Of a stretch of DNA of 64,000 nt, positions 11,607-22,750 are shown in pieces (positions within the stretch are counted from its first letter, which is position 1; each line of letters starts with the position of its first letter). The notes under the pieces were generated by a model that had not been told where the DNA came from, searched no databases, and saw nothing but the letters and a program-made list of their open reading frames with translations. The stretch comes from Candidatus Latescibacterota bacterium (GTDB lineage: Bacteria > Latescibacterota > UBA2968), in the NCBI GenBank assembly GCA_965207885.1, contig OZ242311.1, positions 3,968,001-4,032,000 of the forward strand. Reading direction: 5' to 3'. Made by a program: the position numbers and the translations under genes.

Positions 11607-13595
11607 TTACGCAACCTCTGATTTTAGTCGCGCAATCTCATCGCGATATTGCGCCGCCTTTTCAAACTCCAAATTCTCAGCCGCTTCGCCCATCTTGCGC
11701 GTCAATTCTTCAATTATATCCAGCCGATTGGCTCCGTCCATATACTCTGGCGATTCTTCGGCAACCAATGGCAACTCATCTGCCTTCTCATCTGCCACAG
11801 CCGTCGTCTGGAGAATCTCTTCTCTGGTCTTGTAAAGCGTCTCAGGCGTAATGCCGTGTATAAGATTATACTCCTCCTGCAATGCCCGGCGGCGATTCGT
11901 CTCATCGATGGCGCGCTGCATCGAATCCGTCACCTTATCCGCATACATAATAACCGTACCTCTGGCATTCCGCGCGGCTCGTCCAGCCGTCTGAATCAAC
12001 GACCGCTCCGACCGCAAAAACCCTTCCTTATCCGCATCCAGAATAGCGACCAGCGACACCTCTGGCAGATCCAGCCCCTCGCGCAACAAATTCACCCCCA
12101 CGAGCACATCGAACTCACCCAAACGCAAATCCCTGATAATTGCCACGCGCTCGAGCGAATCGACATCTGAGTGCATATAGCGTGCCTTGATACCCAACTC
12201 GCGCATATACTCCGACAAATCCTCTGCCATGCGCTTGGTCAGCGTCGTCACCAGCACGCGATCGCCGCGTTCTACCCGCACCCGCGATTCTTCAATAAGA
12301 TCATCAACCTGTCCGCGCACAGGTCTCACCACCATCTCGGGATCGAGCAAACCCGTCGGACGAATCACCTGCTCCACCACCACGCCCTGACACTGTTCCA
12401 ACTCGTAATCCGCAGGCGTGGCCGACATAAAAACAACCTGCGTTGCCTTCTGTTCAAACTCCTCAAAATACAACGGGCGATTATCTAATGCCGCGGGCAA
12501 CCTGAACCCGTGCTCTATCAACACCTCTTTGCGAGACCGGTCCCCATTCCACATCCCGCGCAACTGCGGAATCGTCACATGGGATTCATCCAGCACAATC
12601 AGAAAATCATCTGAAAAATAATCCAGCAACACATAAGGTGCTTCCCCGGGTTTTCGCCCATCGATATACCGCGAATAATTTTCAATACCCTGACAAAAAC
12701 CAATCTCGCGCATCATCTCGATATCGTAGCGCGTGCGCATCTCCAATCGCTGTGCCTCTAACAACTTGCCCTGATCATTAAACGCCTCCAGTTGTTTGGC
12801 GAGATCCACCTCAATCTGAACAATGGCTTTCTCAATGCGATTGCCACTGGTCACAAAGTGCTTCGCCGGATAAATAACAATGCGATCGCGTTCCGCAAGC
12901 ACCTCGCCCGTCACGGGATGCACCTCACTCAACGCGTCGATCTCATCGCCAAAAAACTCCACGCGCACCGGATGCTCGCGCTCGGGCGGATAAATTTCGA
13001 CCACATCGCCCCGCACCCGAAACGCGGCAGGCTCAAAAGCCACATCATTGCGCGTAAAATGAATATCCACCAGCTTGCGCAACATGGCATCGCGATCCAT
13101 CTCTGCACCGCGATCCAGAATCACCAGATGATCTTCGTATTCATCCGGATTGCCAATACCGTAAATACACGACACACTCGCCACAATGATCACATCTCGC
13201 CGCTCCATCAAAGCACTTGTCGCGCGCAGGCGCAAGCGATTGATCTCATCGTTAATATCCGCTTCTTTTTCAATAAACGTATCCGTCACTGGCTTATAGG
13301 CTTCGGGCTGGTAATAATCGTAATAGGAAATAAAATACTCCACGGCATTATTCGGGAAAAAACTCCGAAACTCGCCGTAGAGTTGTGCCGCCAGAGTTTT
13401 GTTGTGGGAAATTACGAGCGTAGGCTTTTGAACAGATTCAATCACCTTGGACATTGAAAACGTCTTACCCGTACCCGTTGCCCCCATCAAAGTCTGGTAT
13501 GACTCGCCATCTCGAATCCCCTGAGCGAGTTCTTCAATCGCCTGGGGCTGATCACCCGCAGGCTCAAAAGGCGATATTACTTCAAATCGCGGCAT
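11607..13595 (-). CDS. uvrB: Excinuclease ABC subunit B
   Basis: [23 protein letters not shown]-terminal UVR coil [13 protein letters not shown]. Confidence 0.99.
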   Translation of the reverse strand: MPRFEVISPFEPAGDQPQAIEELAQGIRDGESYQTLMGATGTGKTFSMSKVIESVQKPTLVISHNKTLAAQLYGEFRSFFPNNAVEYFISYYDYYQPEAYKPVTDTFIEKEADINDEINRLRLRATSALMERRDVIIVASVSCIYGIGNPDEYEDHLVILDRGAEMDRDAMLRKLVDIHFTRNDVAFEPAAFRVRGDVVEIYPPEREHPVRVEFFGDEIDALSEVHPVTGEVLAERDRIVIYPAKHFVTSGNRIEKAIVQIEVDLAKQLEAFNDQGKLLEAQRLEMRTRYDIEMMREIGFCQGIENYSRYIDGRKPGEAPYVLLDYFSDDFLIVLDESHVTIPQLRGMWNGDRSRKEVLIEHGFRLPAALDNRPLYFEEFEQKATQVVFMSATPADYELEQCQGVVVEQVIRPTGLLDPEMVVRPVRGQVDDLIEESRVRVERGDRVLVTTLTKRMAEDLSEYMRELGIKARYMHSDVDSLERVAIIRDLRLGEFDVLVGVNLLREGLDLPEVSLVAILDADKEGFLRSERSLIQTAGRAARNARGTVIMYADKVTDSMQRAIDETNRRRALQEEYNLIHGITPETLYKTREEILQTTAVADEKADELPLVAEESPEYMDGANRLDIIEELTRKMGEAAENLEFEKAAQYRDEIARLKSEVA

Positions 13596-13736
13596 AACGA
13601 TTTCCCCTAAAAAGATCAGTTGTCGGTTCGCGCCTTGACTCACACCCTATAACTACTTTAATTTAGACAGAGAACTACTGAAATGCAAGGTCAACCCCGC
13701 TATTTCTATCCGCAGGCGAACTCGCAGGAGGTCTCC

Positions 13737-14924
13737 GTGAAAATTTTTCTCAAAAGCACCATTCTGTTCGCGCTATTTGGCCTGATGACCTGCGGGGGAA
13801 AGAGCAATGATACACTGGGACCAGGAGACTCGGGCAATCCTCCTGCCACCCCTGACGACACGACATCCGGCAATACGCAAACCTCAGGTTCAATCAATCG
13901 CGAACCGCAAGCAGGTGGTAATTTTCTCAGTGACTTCCCCAAAGACAGAATTCTATCGGGCGGCGTACCTCCCGATGGCATTCCAGCACTCACCGACCCC
14001 CAATTTGTAGAACTCACATCCAGCGAAGCCGCTTACCTCAGCGATGAGGACCTCATGCTCGGCGTAGTCCTCAATGGCGAAGCCAAAGCCTATCCCCACA
14101 ACATGGGATGGTGGCACGAAATCATCAACGACGTGGTTGGAGAACACCCCATTGTCGTGAGCTTTTGCCCACTGACGGGAACGGGACTCATTTTTAGCGG
14201 ACAGGGCAACGACCAATCGCGCATCCATTGTGGGGTCTCCGGTTTGCTATTCAACAACAACCTGATTATGTACGACCGTCGTCAACAGGGAATCCTGTAT
14301 CCCCAGATGATCCACATCCCGGTTGAAGGCGGAACCGACGAATTACAACTCCTACCCGTAATCGAAACCACCTGGCGCTACTGGAAACAACTCTATCCCG
14401 ATTCCAAAGTCATCAGTGACAATACGGGTATTTACTCGCCCAGCAGATACCAGAGCTATCCCTATGGCAACTATCGAGATCCGAATACCGCGCCGCTTTT
14501 CCCCTCCTTCCCCAGTTTGGAAGACAATCCGACCGCAAAGCTATTCCCGCCCAAAACCCTCACACTGGGTATCCGTTTTGGCGAAACGGCCAAAGCCTAT
14601 CCCTTTCCCACCCTGGGGACAGAAGCCGTTATCAACGACATAGTCGCGGATAATGCCATTCTCGTCGTCTATTACCACCAGGAACAATACGCAATACCCT
14701 TTAATCGGGTGGTCGATGGACAGACCCTCACATTTGAGAAAGCACTTCCCCGCGATACTGTCTATCCCTTTCTCCTGCGCGACCAGGAAACGGGCAGCAC
14801 CTGGAACCTCAAAGGCGAAGCCATTGCCGGGCCACTCCAAAATAAGACCTTAGAACAACTACCTTCTCACAATGCCTTCTGGTTTGCATGGGCAACCTTC
14901 TGGCAGAATACTGGAATTTATTAG
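13737..14924 (+). CDS. DUF3179-family lipoprotein
   Basis: Lipobox LMTC; GGVPPDGIPAL, HEIIND, SFCPLTGTG, SGLL..NLIMYDR, FWFAW. GTG start after AGGAGG. Confidence 0.85.
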   Translation: MKIFLKSTILFALFGLMTCGGKSNDTLGPGDSGNPPATPDDTTSGNTQTSGSINREPQAGGNFLSDFPKDRILSGGVPPDGIPALTDPQFVELTSSEAAYLSDEDLMLGVVLNGEAKAYPHNMGWWHEIINDVVGEHPIVVSFCPLTGTGLIFSGQGNDQSRIHCGVSGLLFNNNLIMYDRRQQGILYPQMIHIPVEGGTDELQLLPVIETTWRYWKQLYPDSKVISDNTGIYSPSRYQSYPYGNYRDPNTAPLFPSFPSLEDNPTAKLFPPKTLTLGIRFGETAKAYPFPTLGTEAVINDIVADNAILVVYYHQEQYAIPFNRVVDGQTLTFEKALPRDTVYPFLLRDQETGSTWNLKGEAIAGPLQNKTLEQLPSHNAFWFAWATFWQNTGIY

Positions 14925-14940
14925 ACGGACATGTCCTTCT

Positions 14941-15831
14941 ATGCACTGCTTTTATTGGCTCGCCCTCTTTATTCTTTTACCCCATACCGCTTATGCAGGT
15001 GCCTGGACACTCGCAAAAGGCCATCTCTGGGGCAAAATCACAGGTATGGCGCAATCGACAAATGAAGAATACGTGGCCGTTGGGGGCGCAGGTCGCGAAC
15101 CCGACCTCAACCGCCTCTATGAACCCGGAGACCGCGCGCACTATCGCGAAAATGGGCACTACAATTCACAGGCACTCTTTATCGACCTGTTTTACAGCTT
15201 GAGCGATCGCATCGACTTCGGCATACAAATCCCCTACTATCGTCGGGAATTTGAAAACATCGGCTTCCGGCCAGCGAATATCGCATCGGGTTTTGGTGAC
15301 ATGCGGGGAATTGCCAAAATCAACATTGCACAAAACCCTATCGTAGGCACAATAAAATTTGGAACCAAAGCCCCCACAGGCAAGTTTCAAAACCAGGATG
15401 GAATTATTTCCGCAGGTGAAGGCCAGTGGGATTTTGAATTCATTGCACAAATTGGCCGATCTTTTTGGCCCTTCCCAATGTACGCCAACATCGATATGGG
15501 GTATCGCGTCCGCCTGCAAAACAGTACCACCGATTACGACCCTGGCGACGAGTGGTTTTTGAACTCAGAAATAGGTTATACTCCCATTAAAAAACTCCTC
15601 CTCATCCTCAAATTAGAAGGCATCAAAGGTAGGCCATCTCGCGTATTGGGCCTCAAACTATCCAGCGATGTAAGACGCATTACCTATTTCGCGCCCACGC
15701 TCCTCATAGGCCCCTTTCAAAACCTGAGCTTCGAAACCTCGGTGCGTATAACCGCTGGTGGGCGCAACTTCCCCGCCGGTCATATATGGACCGCGGGGAT
15801 TTCATACTCAGGTCCCTTATCCAATTTGTAA
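14941..15831 (+). CDS. Putative outer-membrane beta-barrel protein
   Basis: Signal peptide ending AYA; GFGD, KAPTG, GEGQWDF motifs; amphipathic strands. Confidence 0.65.
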   Translation: MHCFYWLALFILLPHTAYAGAWTLAKGHLWGKITGMAQSTNEEYVAVGGAGREPDLNRLYEPGDRAHYRENGHYNSQALFIDLFYSLSDRIDFGIQIPYYRREFENIGFRPANIASGFGDMRGIAKINIAQNPIVGTIKFGTKAPTGKFQNQDGIISAGEGQWDFEFIAQIGRSFWPFPMYANIDMGYRVRLQNSTTDYDPGDEWFLNSEIGYTPIKKLLLILKLEGIKGRPSRVLGLKLSSDVRRITYFAPTLLIGPFQNLSFETSVRITAGGRNFPAGHIWTAGISYSGPLSNL

Positions 15832-15928
15832 AACAACTTTCTTTTATTTATCTTCTCACCTGAGCAGTTTGAACAACGGACTACCGCTGGGCTGCTTATT
15901 ATCAAATCCCTTATTAGAAAGGATGGAA

Positions 15929-16762
15929 ATGACCTCTTCCACGCCACATTCTACATCGTGTATAAAGTTCCTTCTCGCCATCGCGCTCTGCATCCTTGTA
16001 CCTCATACCGCTTATGGAGGCGCGTGGACACTTCAAAAGGGCCAGGTATGGAGCAAACTCAACCTTTTGACACAATCGACCTCAGAACACTATTTGGCAA
16101 ATGGAGATGTGGGGGAATTTCCCGCCACATACAAGTCCAACCAGTTATTTTTCGATGTGTTTTACGGCGTGAGCGACCGCGTCGATATCGGCATACAAAT
16201 TCCCTACTGTGGCAATAAATTTGTAGATATTGCCTCCGCTGTAGGTCTCCCAGAAGAGAATGCAAAAGAATCGGGAATTGGCGACCTGCGGGGATACACA
16301 AAAATCAACCTCGTGCAACAAGCTGTTGTGGCCACCCTGAAACTCGGATTCAAAGCCCCAATAGGTGAATATCGCCCAGCGCCCGAAGCTATATCCGTAA
16401 GCGAGGGGCAATGGGATTTTGATGTTATCTTTCAAATCGGCGGATCTCTATATCCCGCCCCGATGTACGCCAATATCGACCTGGGAATTCGCCTGCGGCA
16501 AGAAAACGAGACGGGCTATGATCCTCCAGAAGAATTGATTTACAACGCCGAAATAGGCTATAGTCTCACGGACAAATTTCTCTTCGCCCTCAAATTAGAA
16601 GGCTTAAGAGGCGATGACAGGCGCACCACCTATGTTGTGCCCACGGTCTTGATTGGCCTTAACCAAAACCTGAGCCTCGAAACCTCCATGCGTATGACAG
16701 TCAGCGGGCGCAAGGCTTTCGCTGGCAATATATGGGCAGTGGGGATTTCTTATCAAAAGTAG
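15929..16762 (+). CDS. Putative outer-membrane beta-barrel protein, paralogue of the preceding gene
   Basis: Shares AWTLxKG, DRxDxGIQIPY, EGQWDF, PMYANIDxG, EIGY, NLSxETS with 14941..15831. Confidence 0.65.
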   Translation: MTSSTPHSTSCIKFLLAIALCILVPHTAYGGAWTLQKGQVWSKLNLLTQSTSEHYLANGDVGEFPATYKSNQLFFDVFYGVSDRVDIGIQIPYCGNKFVDIASAVGLPEENAKESGIGDLRGYTKINLVQQAVVATLKLGFKAPIGEYRPAPEAISVSEGQWDFDVIFQIGGSLYPAPMYANIDLGIRLRQENETGYDPPEELIYNAEIGYSLTDKFLFALKLEGLRGDDRRTTYVVPTVLIGLNQNLSLETSMRMTVSGRKAFAGNIWAVGISYQK

Positions 16763-16788
16763 GACAGGACCACGAGGCATTAAAGTAT

Positions 16789-16820
16789 GAGCGGGCGGAT
16801 ATTTCGCCCGCTCTTCTTTG
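16789..16820. terminator. Hairpin terminator between convergent genes
   Basis: GAGCGGGCG-GATATTT-CGCCCGCTC followed by TTCTTTG. Confidence 0.65.
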
Positions 16821-16821
16821 T

Positions 16822-18027
16822 TTATAAAATTACATGCTCGCCACCCGTACTCAAACGCCCGTGATCCCAGGGCGTAATCCAATCTTCGGCAATATCCATT
16901 CCAAATCCCGGCGCATCCGAAGGCACCAGATAGCCATCCTTGGGCACGGGCACGCCCGGCATCCGCGCTACTTCTTCCAGAGGCACCCCCACGGGAGTAC
17001 TCAAATGAAACTCACACAGAGTACACTCGGGCATCGCATAGCAAAAATGCTGTCCATAAGCCGAATTACAGCCCCCGTGCGGACTGCTCTTAATACCGGC
17101 GGCTTCGGCAATGTGGTGAATCTTCACGGCTTCGGTCATCCCTCCGCACCAGTGCAAATCGGGTTGCACGACATCCACACAGCGATTTTCCACGAGTTGG
17201 CGAAACGGAATCCGCGTGTGGTGATCCTCACCCGTTGCAATGGGAATCCAGGTCATGGCTTTTTTCAATTGAATATGCCCTTCGAGGTCTTCTGGAAACA
17301 GCGGCTCTTCCATCCATTTCAATTCGTAGGGTCTGAGCCTTTCCCCAAGACGAATAGCAAATTCCACATCGTAAGCCATCACGGGATTGATCATCAACTC
17401 GGCATTCACGCCCACAGTTTCTCGCGCCAGGGCGACCTTTTCCTCCATAATATTTATACCCGTGATACCCTGCTCGTAATGCACGGGATTCGTAATTTTA
17501 AACGCCTCAAACCCAAGCTCAATCGACCAATCGAGATCATCGCCTGTACAATAACACCGAATTTTCTCGCGGGATGGTCCCCCAAGCAATCTGTAAACAG
17601 GCTGATCGAGCAACTTCCCCTTCAAATCCCACAGAGCCAGATCAATTGCACTCTGCGCACACGCAGACAACCCCAGCGACCCATGCCTTTTGGAAGCCCG
17701 CCACATCATATCGTTGAGATGCTCTGTCGCAAAACAATCTCGTCCCTCCAATAGTGGCGCGTAAAAAGCATCGATCAATGCGGCAACCGGTTCGCCAAAT
17801 CCCGTTCTGCCCAGGCCCCATGTGCCATCCTCAGCCGTTATTTTAACCCATACGCCCCGCCCGCCAATACCCGGCGACTTGCTCGGTACATCTGGCGGAA
17901 ACTCCGGATATTTATTCATAGGCAGGCCAATCGGTGACGAATGCCGCCAGCTCGAACGGCGGGCGGGCGTTATCGGTTTCTGTTGTGGAATGGAAACATT
18001 CACAACTTCAATGGACTTGATCTTCAT
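16822..18027 (-). CDS. Mandelate racemase/muconate lactonizing family dehydratase (L-rhamnonate dehydratase-like)
   Basis: SAIDLALWDLKGK, WMEEPL, ATGEDH, QPD, PHGG. Confidence 0.88.
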   Translation of the reverse strand: MKIKSIEVVNVSIPQQKPITPARRSSWRHSSPIGLPMNKYPEFPPDVPSKSPGIGGRGVWVKITAEDGTWGLGRTGFGEPVAALIDAFYAPLLEGRDCFATEHLNDMMWRASKRHGSLGLSACAQSAIDLALWDLKGKLLDQPVYRLLGGPSREKIRCYCTGDDLDWSIELGFEAFKITNPVHYEQGITGINIMEEKVALARETVGVNAELMINPVMAYDVEFAIRLGERLRPYELKWMEEPLFPEDLEGHIQLKKAMTWIPIATGEDHHTRIPFRQLVENRCVDVVQPDLHWCGGMTEAVKIHHIAEAAGIKSSPHGGCNSAYGQHFCYAMPECTLCEFHLSTPVGVPLEEVARMPGVPVPKDGYLVPSDAPGFGMDIAEDWITPWDHGRLSTGGEHVIL

Positions 18028-18039
18028 AATTCCTCCAAT

Positions 18040-18639
18040 TCATGTATTGAGCATATAGCCAAAAATGAGAAACGCAACCCCTGCTCCCACAACACTACCC
18101 ACCAAAATCTGAGATACAGAATGAGCCTGTAATACGAACCGTGCCCACGAAACCAGTCCTGCGGGAACAACAGCCCACCAGCTGCCATAGAGCGCGACTA
18201 CCACACCACAGGCAGCCCAAAGCCCCATAGCGTGTAAGCTAATTTTCCACTGCATCGTTATCAAAAACGCGACAGTGCTCAGAACGGCGACACAGACCAT
18301 CAGCGCATATATCACAGGCGGCGAGTGTATGAGATAAAGAATACCAACACCCACCCAGGAACTCGCGCAATAAAATAAAAGCGGTCGCAGTCGGTCGCGG
18401 CGTTCTGGAATAAACAACTCGCTAATCTCACCTCGACGACGCATGTACAATACCACACCCCAGGGCGCGAAAACACTAAAAAACAGCGCGACCAAAACAC
18501 ACAATACAATCCAGGTACCCGAACCAGACGCCTCAAGGGATACCAGCACAATCACAACCCCCAGCACAAACACGGGATTTAAAACCCGAGAAACGCACAT
18601 GGCAAATTTCTCTTTATCAATCATGAGTCTTCCCATCAT
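18040..18639 (-). CDS. PAP2-like integral membrane protein
   Basis: Multiple TM helices; WKISLH and WARFVLQAHS motifs. Confidence 0.7.
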   Translation of the reverse strand: MMGRLMIDKEKFAMCVSRVLNPVFVLGVVIVLVSLEASGSGTWIVLCVLVALFFSVFAPWGVVLYMRRRGEISELFIPERRDRLRPLLFYCASSWVGVGILYLIHSPPVIYALMVCVAVLSTVAFLITMQWKISLHAMGLWAACGVVVALYGSWWAVVPAGLVSWARFVLQAHSVSQILVGSVVGAGVAFLIFGYMLNT

Positions 18640-18786
18640 TTTCAGACAAAATAACGAACCCCGTCCAGAAAATCAAAACTCAAGTTTTTGCTCTCGGATA
18701 CGATACCTTGACAACACCTTTGCATTAAACTATTTTGCTGACATTATCCACTGATTTGGCAAAGGGTTAGAAAAGAGGAGCATAAC

Positions 18787-19578
18787 ATGACACCTGAAAC
18801 AGCCCTGAAAACGCGGAAAAACATGCTCCGCGATGGGTACTGCGTCATAGACGATATTTTGACCGACGAGTTCCTCGAAGAACTGCGCGAAGAATCCGAG
18901 CGGTTAATTGCCAATCACATTGAGCATGAGGAATTTAGATATCAGGGTCAACACGTGAATGTGCGTGGTGAAGACAATCCGATCATCCAAAAACTGCTGG
19001 AATGGGAACCATCGCGACGGGCACTAGAACAACTGGGCTTCGGAGATTTCCAAACCGGTGGCGGCATCATCATCCTCACCAAAGAACCCAAAGGTCCACC
19101 GCTCTACTGGCACCAGGACTGGATGCAATGGAACGATCCCATCAGTTGCTCACCCTGGCCGCAGATCATATTTCTGAACTACTATCTAACCGATACCGCA
19201 GTAGAAAACGGCTGTTTGAAAGTCATCCCCGGCACCCATCTCAAGCGCATACCACTCCACGACCAACTGGTGCCAGCGCACGAACAGGGCGCCCGATTTA
19301 TAGAAGAAACCCATCCCATCATGTTCAGCGACCACCCGGATGAGGTCAACGTACCCGTCTCTGCACGCTCGCTGGTTCTGGGCGATGCCCGCATCCTGCA
19401 CTCTGCCGGAAGAAATTACACAGATGAGCGCAGAACCCTGATTCTCGCCTGGCACAGACGCCCCACCATTGACGTACCAGACTACTGGGAAGGGGATATC
19501 CCCGAAGTCATAGCCAACCGCGACCCCGATCAAAAGTACGAGGGATCTCGCCTCCCCGGCAAATACCTCAAACCGTAA
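18787..19578 (+). CDS. Phytanoyl-CoA dioxygenase (PhyH) family protein
   Basis: WHQD, NGCLKVIPGTH, ILHSA. Confidence 0.9.
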   Translation: MTPETALKTRKNMLRDGYCVIDDILTDEFLEELREESERLIANHIEHEEFRYQGQHVNVRGEDNPIIQKLLEWEPSRRALEQLGFGDFQTGGGIIILTKEPKGPPLYWHQDWMQWNDPISCSPWPQIIFLNYYLTDTAVENGCLKVIPGTHLKRIPLHDQLVPAHEQGARFIEETHPIMFSDHPDEVNVPVSARSLVLGDARILHSAGRNYTDERRTLILAWHRRPTIDVPDYWEGDIPEVIANRDPDQKYEGSRLPGKYLKP

Positions 19579-19594
19579 AAGAAAAGGCTAAAAC

Positions 19595-20590
19595 ATGCAA
19601 GCCACAGCACTCATCACCCAGGAGGGGCCCACCTTTGCCTGCGAAAACATCGTCCTTCCCGATCCACGCCCCGATCAAATCGCAGTACAAACCCGGTATT
19701 CCGGCGTCAGCATCGGCACCGAATTTGCCGCCATAACCCGAAAGCTCGACTACGGTCCCTATCCCCTGTGTACGGGCTATCAGGCCGTCGGCACCGTCGA
19801 ACACGTCGGCAAAGACGCAACCGGTTTCGCTGTTGGCGACCGCGTCTATTACCGCTGGAACCGCGTCTTCTCCCTCGCTACATCAGGTCAGAAAGTCTCT
19901 GCCAGCCAGGGCGCGCATACCTCTGCCGCAGTCCTGGACACGCAGGGACCGCGAGCCTTTGTCGCCCACTTGCCCGCTGACGTTGATGAAGCCGCCGCCA
20001 GCTTATTTGTCATGCCCGCCGTAGGCCTCAACGGCGTGGATATGGCCAACCCCCGAATGGGCGACCGCGTTGTCGTGTACGGCTGTGGCCTCGTCGGACT
20101 GGGCGTCGTCGCTGCATGCAGCCACCGGGGCTGTGAAGTCATTGCCATAGACCTGGAGGCCAACCGCCTCGACATCGCGCAAAAACTCGGCGCCGATCAC
20201 CTCATCCAGGACGCTGAAGCTGTCCGCGACATCGCCCCCGACGGTGCCGACGTCGTCTTCGAATGCACGGGCATACCCGCCTGCATTGACCCGGCCATCG
20301 CCCTTTGCCGCACCCATGGAACCTTCATTCTTCAGGGCAACTACGGCCGCCACCCCATCTCTTACAACTTTTTACCGCCCCACGGGAAACGCCTCACCAT
20401 GTACTATCCCTGCAACGATGGCGAAGCCCCCTGTCGCCGCGCCGTCATCAAAAACATGGGCACTGGCGTTCTCCCCTGGCATCACACCATCACCCATGAA
20501 GTCGCATCTTCAGACGCGCCGGGACTTTATCGCGATATCCTCAACGGCGAAGACAAAAACATTATCGGTGCTGTTATTCGGTGGTTCTAA
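19595..20590 (+). CDS. Zinc-binding (MDR) dehydrogenase
   Basis: SGVSIGTE, TGYQAVG, GCGLVG, DVVFECTG. Confidence 0.88.
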   Translation: MQATALITQEGPTFACENIVLPDPRPDQIAVQTRYSGVSIGTEFAAITRKLDYGPYPLCTGYQAVGTVEHVGKDATGFAVGDRVYYRWNRVFSLATSGQKVSASQGAHTSAAVLDTQGPRAFVAHLPADVDEAAASLFVMPAVGLNGVDMANPRMGDRVVVYGCGLVGLGVVAACSHRGCEVIAIDLEANRLDIAQKLGADHLIQDAEAVRDIAPDGADVVFECTGIPACIDPAIALCRTHGTFILQGNYGRHPISYNFLPPHGKRLTMYYPCNDGEAPCRRAVIKNMGTGVLPWHHTITHEVASSDAPGLYRDILNGEDKNIIGAVIRWF

Positions 20591-20606
20591 AAAAGGAGCA
20601 ATCACA

Positions 20607-21659
20607 ATGGACAACTTAAAAGTCGGAATTATCGGCCTGGGCGGTATTGCACGGTCTCACTGCGATGCCATTGAAACCCTGAACAACGTCGAAATCGTCG
20701 CCGTTGCCGACCTCATTGAGGAAAAGCGCCGCGAATACATGGGCAAATACGACATTCCCAAAAGCTATCCCTCCCACACCGACCTCTTGAAAGACCCCGA
20801 AATCGACGCTGTCGCCATCACCCTGGGCCACCAACTCCACCAGCGCCTCACCGTTGACGCCTGCAATGCAGGCAAACACGTTCTGGTAGAAAAACCCATG
20901 GCCATTAGCCTGGAACAATGCGACAACATGGTCACAGCCGCAGCCGATAATGGAGTCAAACTAATGGTCGGCTTGACGCAACATTACTACGGCACTAGCA
21001 TCAAAGCAAAAGAAATACTGGACTCTGGCGCACTGGGCCCCATCATCACCGCCGTGTGTTACATGTCCAAAAACTGGAGCTACGCCGGGCGCCGTCCGCA
21101 GTACCGCAGCCGCTACCACGGCGGGGGCATGTGGTTGACCAATGGCGTACACGTAGTAGATCGGCTCACCTGGATGATCGGCTCACAGGCCGTATCCGTC
21201 TCCGCCGCCATTGGAACCCGCGCCCACTACCAGGCCGCAGATGACTCTGCCACGGCCTTCGTCCGCTATAAAAACGGCCTGGCAGGCATTGCCGTAGCCG
21301 TTGGATTTGCAGATGGTGCGCCCGACCACGAATGTCAGGTCATCTGTGCAAATGGCACACTGCGTTTTTCCGAACACGGCGGAAAATATGTCAAAGTCGG
21401 CAAAAACGATCAGTGGGAAAAAGTCCCCTTCGATGAGCCGCCCTCAACCATGCACAACGAGTGGAAAGCCTTTGCCGAAGCCATCGCCCTGGACATTGAA
21501 CCACCCACCCACGGGGAATGGGCGCGTCACATTATGGAAATCCTGTTCGCCGCCGAACAATCTGCCATCACCGGTAGAGAAGTCGCATTGGAAAGCGGAC
21601 CGGGCTGGTTCAACCAGCGCTCTGGCTCGCCCGTGACAACGCAACACGGCTGGATATGA
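20607..21659 (+). CDS. Gfo/Idh/MocA oxidoreductase
   Basis: GIIGLGGIA, HVLVEKPMA; start ATG 20607 after AAGGAG. Confidence 0.92.
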   Translation: MDNLKVGIIGLGGIARSHCDAIETLNNVEIVAVADLIEEKRREYMGKYDIPKSYPSHTDLLKDPEIDAVAITLGHQLHQRLTVDACNAGKHVLVEKPMAISLEQCDNMVTAAADNGVKLMVGLTQHYYGTSIKAKEILDSGALGPIITAVCYMSKNWSYAGRRPQYRSRYHGGGMWLTNGVHVVDRLTWMIGSQAVSVSAAIGTRAHYQAADDSATAFVRYKNGLAGIAVAVGFADGAPDHECQVICANGTLRFSEHGGKYVKVGKNDQWEKVPFDEPPSTMHNEWKAFAEAIALDIEPPTHGEWARHIMEILFAAEQSAITGREVALESGPGWFNQRSGSPVTTQHGWI

Positions 21660-22750
21660 AAATTTTATTTGTCGCGCAGTATGGCCCCTTAGCAGCCAGC
21701 AGTCGCACGCGGGTTTTCGATTATTTGCCCCTGTTGCGTAGAGCGGGCATCACCTGTGATGTCAAAGTCGTAACCCCCGATGACCTGATCAAACGCAATA
21801 CCAGAGGCATTTTCTCGCGTCTTCTGTACTATGTCCTATCCTATTTTCGCGCCCTATGGACGGGATGGACTTGCGTTTTTACAGCCTCGCAATACGACGC
21901 TATACTGATTCAAAAAACGCTGTTTTCTTTTCCCATACCACATCTGTTGCGCCGATACAGACACAAAATATTTTTCGATTTTGACGACGCTATCTTCACA
22001 CTCGAAAACCCCAACGCGGGATGGATCAATCGGTTGCGAACCCAACGGCGCGCAATGGCTGTACCCGCGATGTTGCAGACGGCACACTGCGCGATTGTCG
22101 AAAATGCCTACACCGCTGATTTTGCAGCCCGTTATTGCCCTTATATTTCACAAATCACGGGACCCATTGATACCGCGCGTTATGTCCCCTCAAAAAAAAT
22201 AACGGGTGAAAAGATCGTATTGGGATGGATTGGAAGCCAGTGGACAACGCGGTATCTGGACATGATTCGAGACCCACTGGCCGTTCTCTCGCGGCGATAT
22301 CCCAATTTGGAATTGCGTTTGATTGGCGCAGGTGAGTTTGACGTTCCCGATTTGCAAATTGTGCACATGGACTGGGCGTTAGAAACCGAAGTTGATCATT
22401 TACAGACATTTGACATTGGCTTGATGCCACTACCCGACGATCCTTTTACGCGGGGCAAAGGAGGATACAAACTACTGCAATACATGGCCTGCGGATTGCC
22501 CGTGGTGGCGAGTCCAGTCGAAATCAACTGCGAAATCGTCACCCATGGAAAAACCGGATTTTTGGCTGAGACAGACATCGAGTGGATCGAATTTTTGGGT
22601 ACATTAATCGAAAATAAAACCCTGCGCAATCGCCTGGGGATTGCCGGGCGCGCCCGTGTGATCGCGCATTATGCACTCGAAAAAAGTAGCGAACAATTGC
22701 TGGCTCTTCTGCAGCGGAGCACACACCAATGCGACACGCTTTTACAGTAG
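21656..22750 (+). CDS. Glycosyltransferase family 4
   Basis: ASSRTRV, DFDDAIF, GWIGS, KGGYKLLQYMACGLPVVASPV. Confidence 0.9.
   Translation: MKILFVAQYGPLAASSRTRVFDYLPLLRRAGITCDVKVVTPDDLIKRNTRGIFSRLLYYVLSYFRALWTGWTCVFTASQYDAILIQKTLFSFPIPHLLRRYRHKIFFDFDDAIFTLENPNAGWINRLRTQRRAMAVPAMLQTAHCAIVENAYTADFAARYCPYISQITGPIDTARYVPSKKITGEKIVLGWIGSQWTTRYLDMIRDPLAVLSRRYPNLELRLIGAGEFDVPDLQIVHMDWALETEVDHLQTFDIGLMPLPDDPFTRGKGGYKLLQYMACGLPVVASPVEINCEIVTHGKTGFLAETDIEWIEFLGTLIENKTLRNRLGIAGRARVIAHYALEKSSEQLLALLQRSTHQCDTLLQ

Noticed and set aside
14161-14180. Selenocysteine recoding in the DUF3179 protein
   Set aside because: The codon at CPLT is TGC (Cys) and there is no in-frame TGA.
20244-20606. Long N-terminal extensions in the ORF track (also 25477, 15758, and 39334 on the minus strand)
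   Set aside because: They overlap neighbouring real genes; downstream starts with an RBS or translational coupling fit better.
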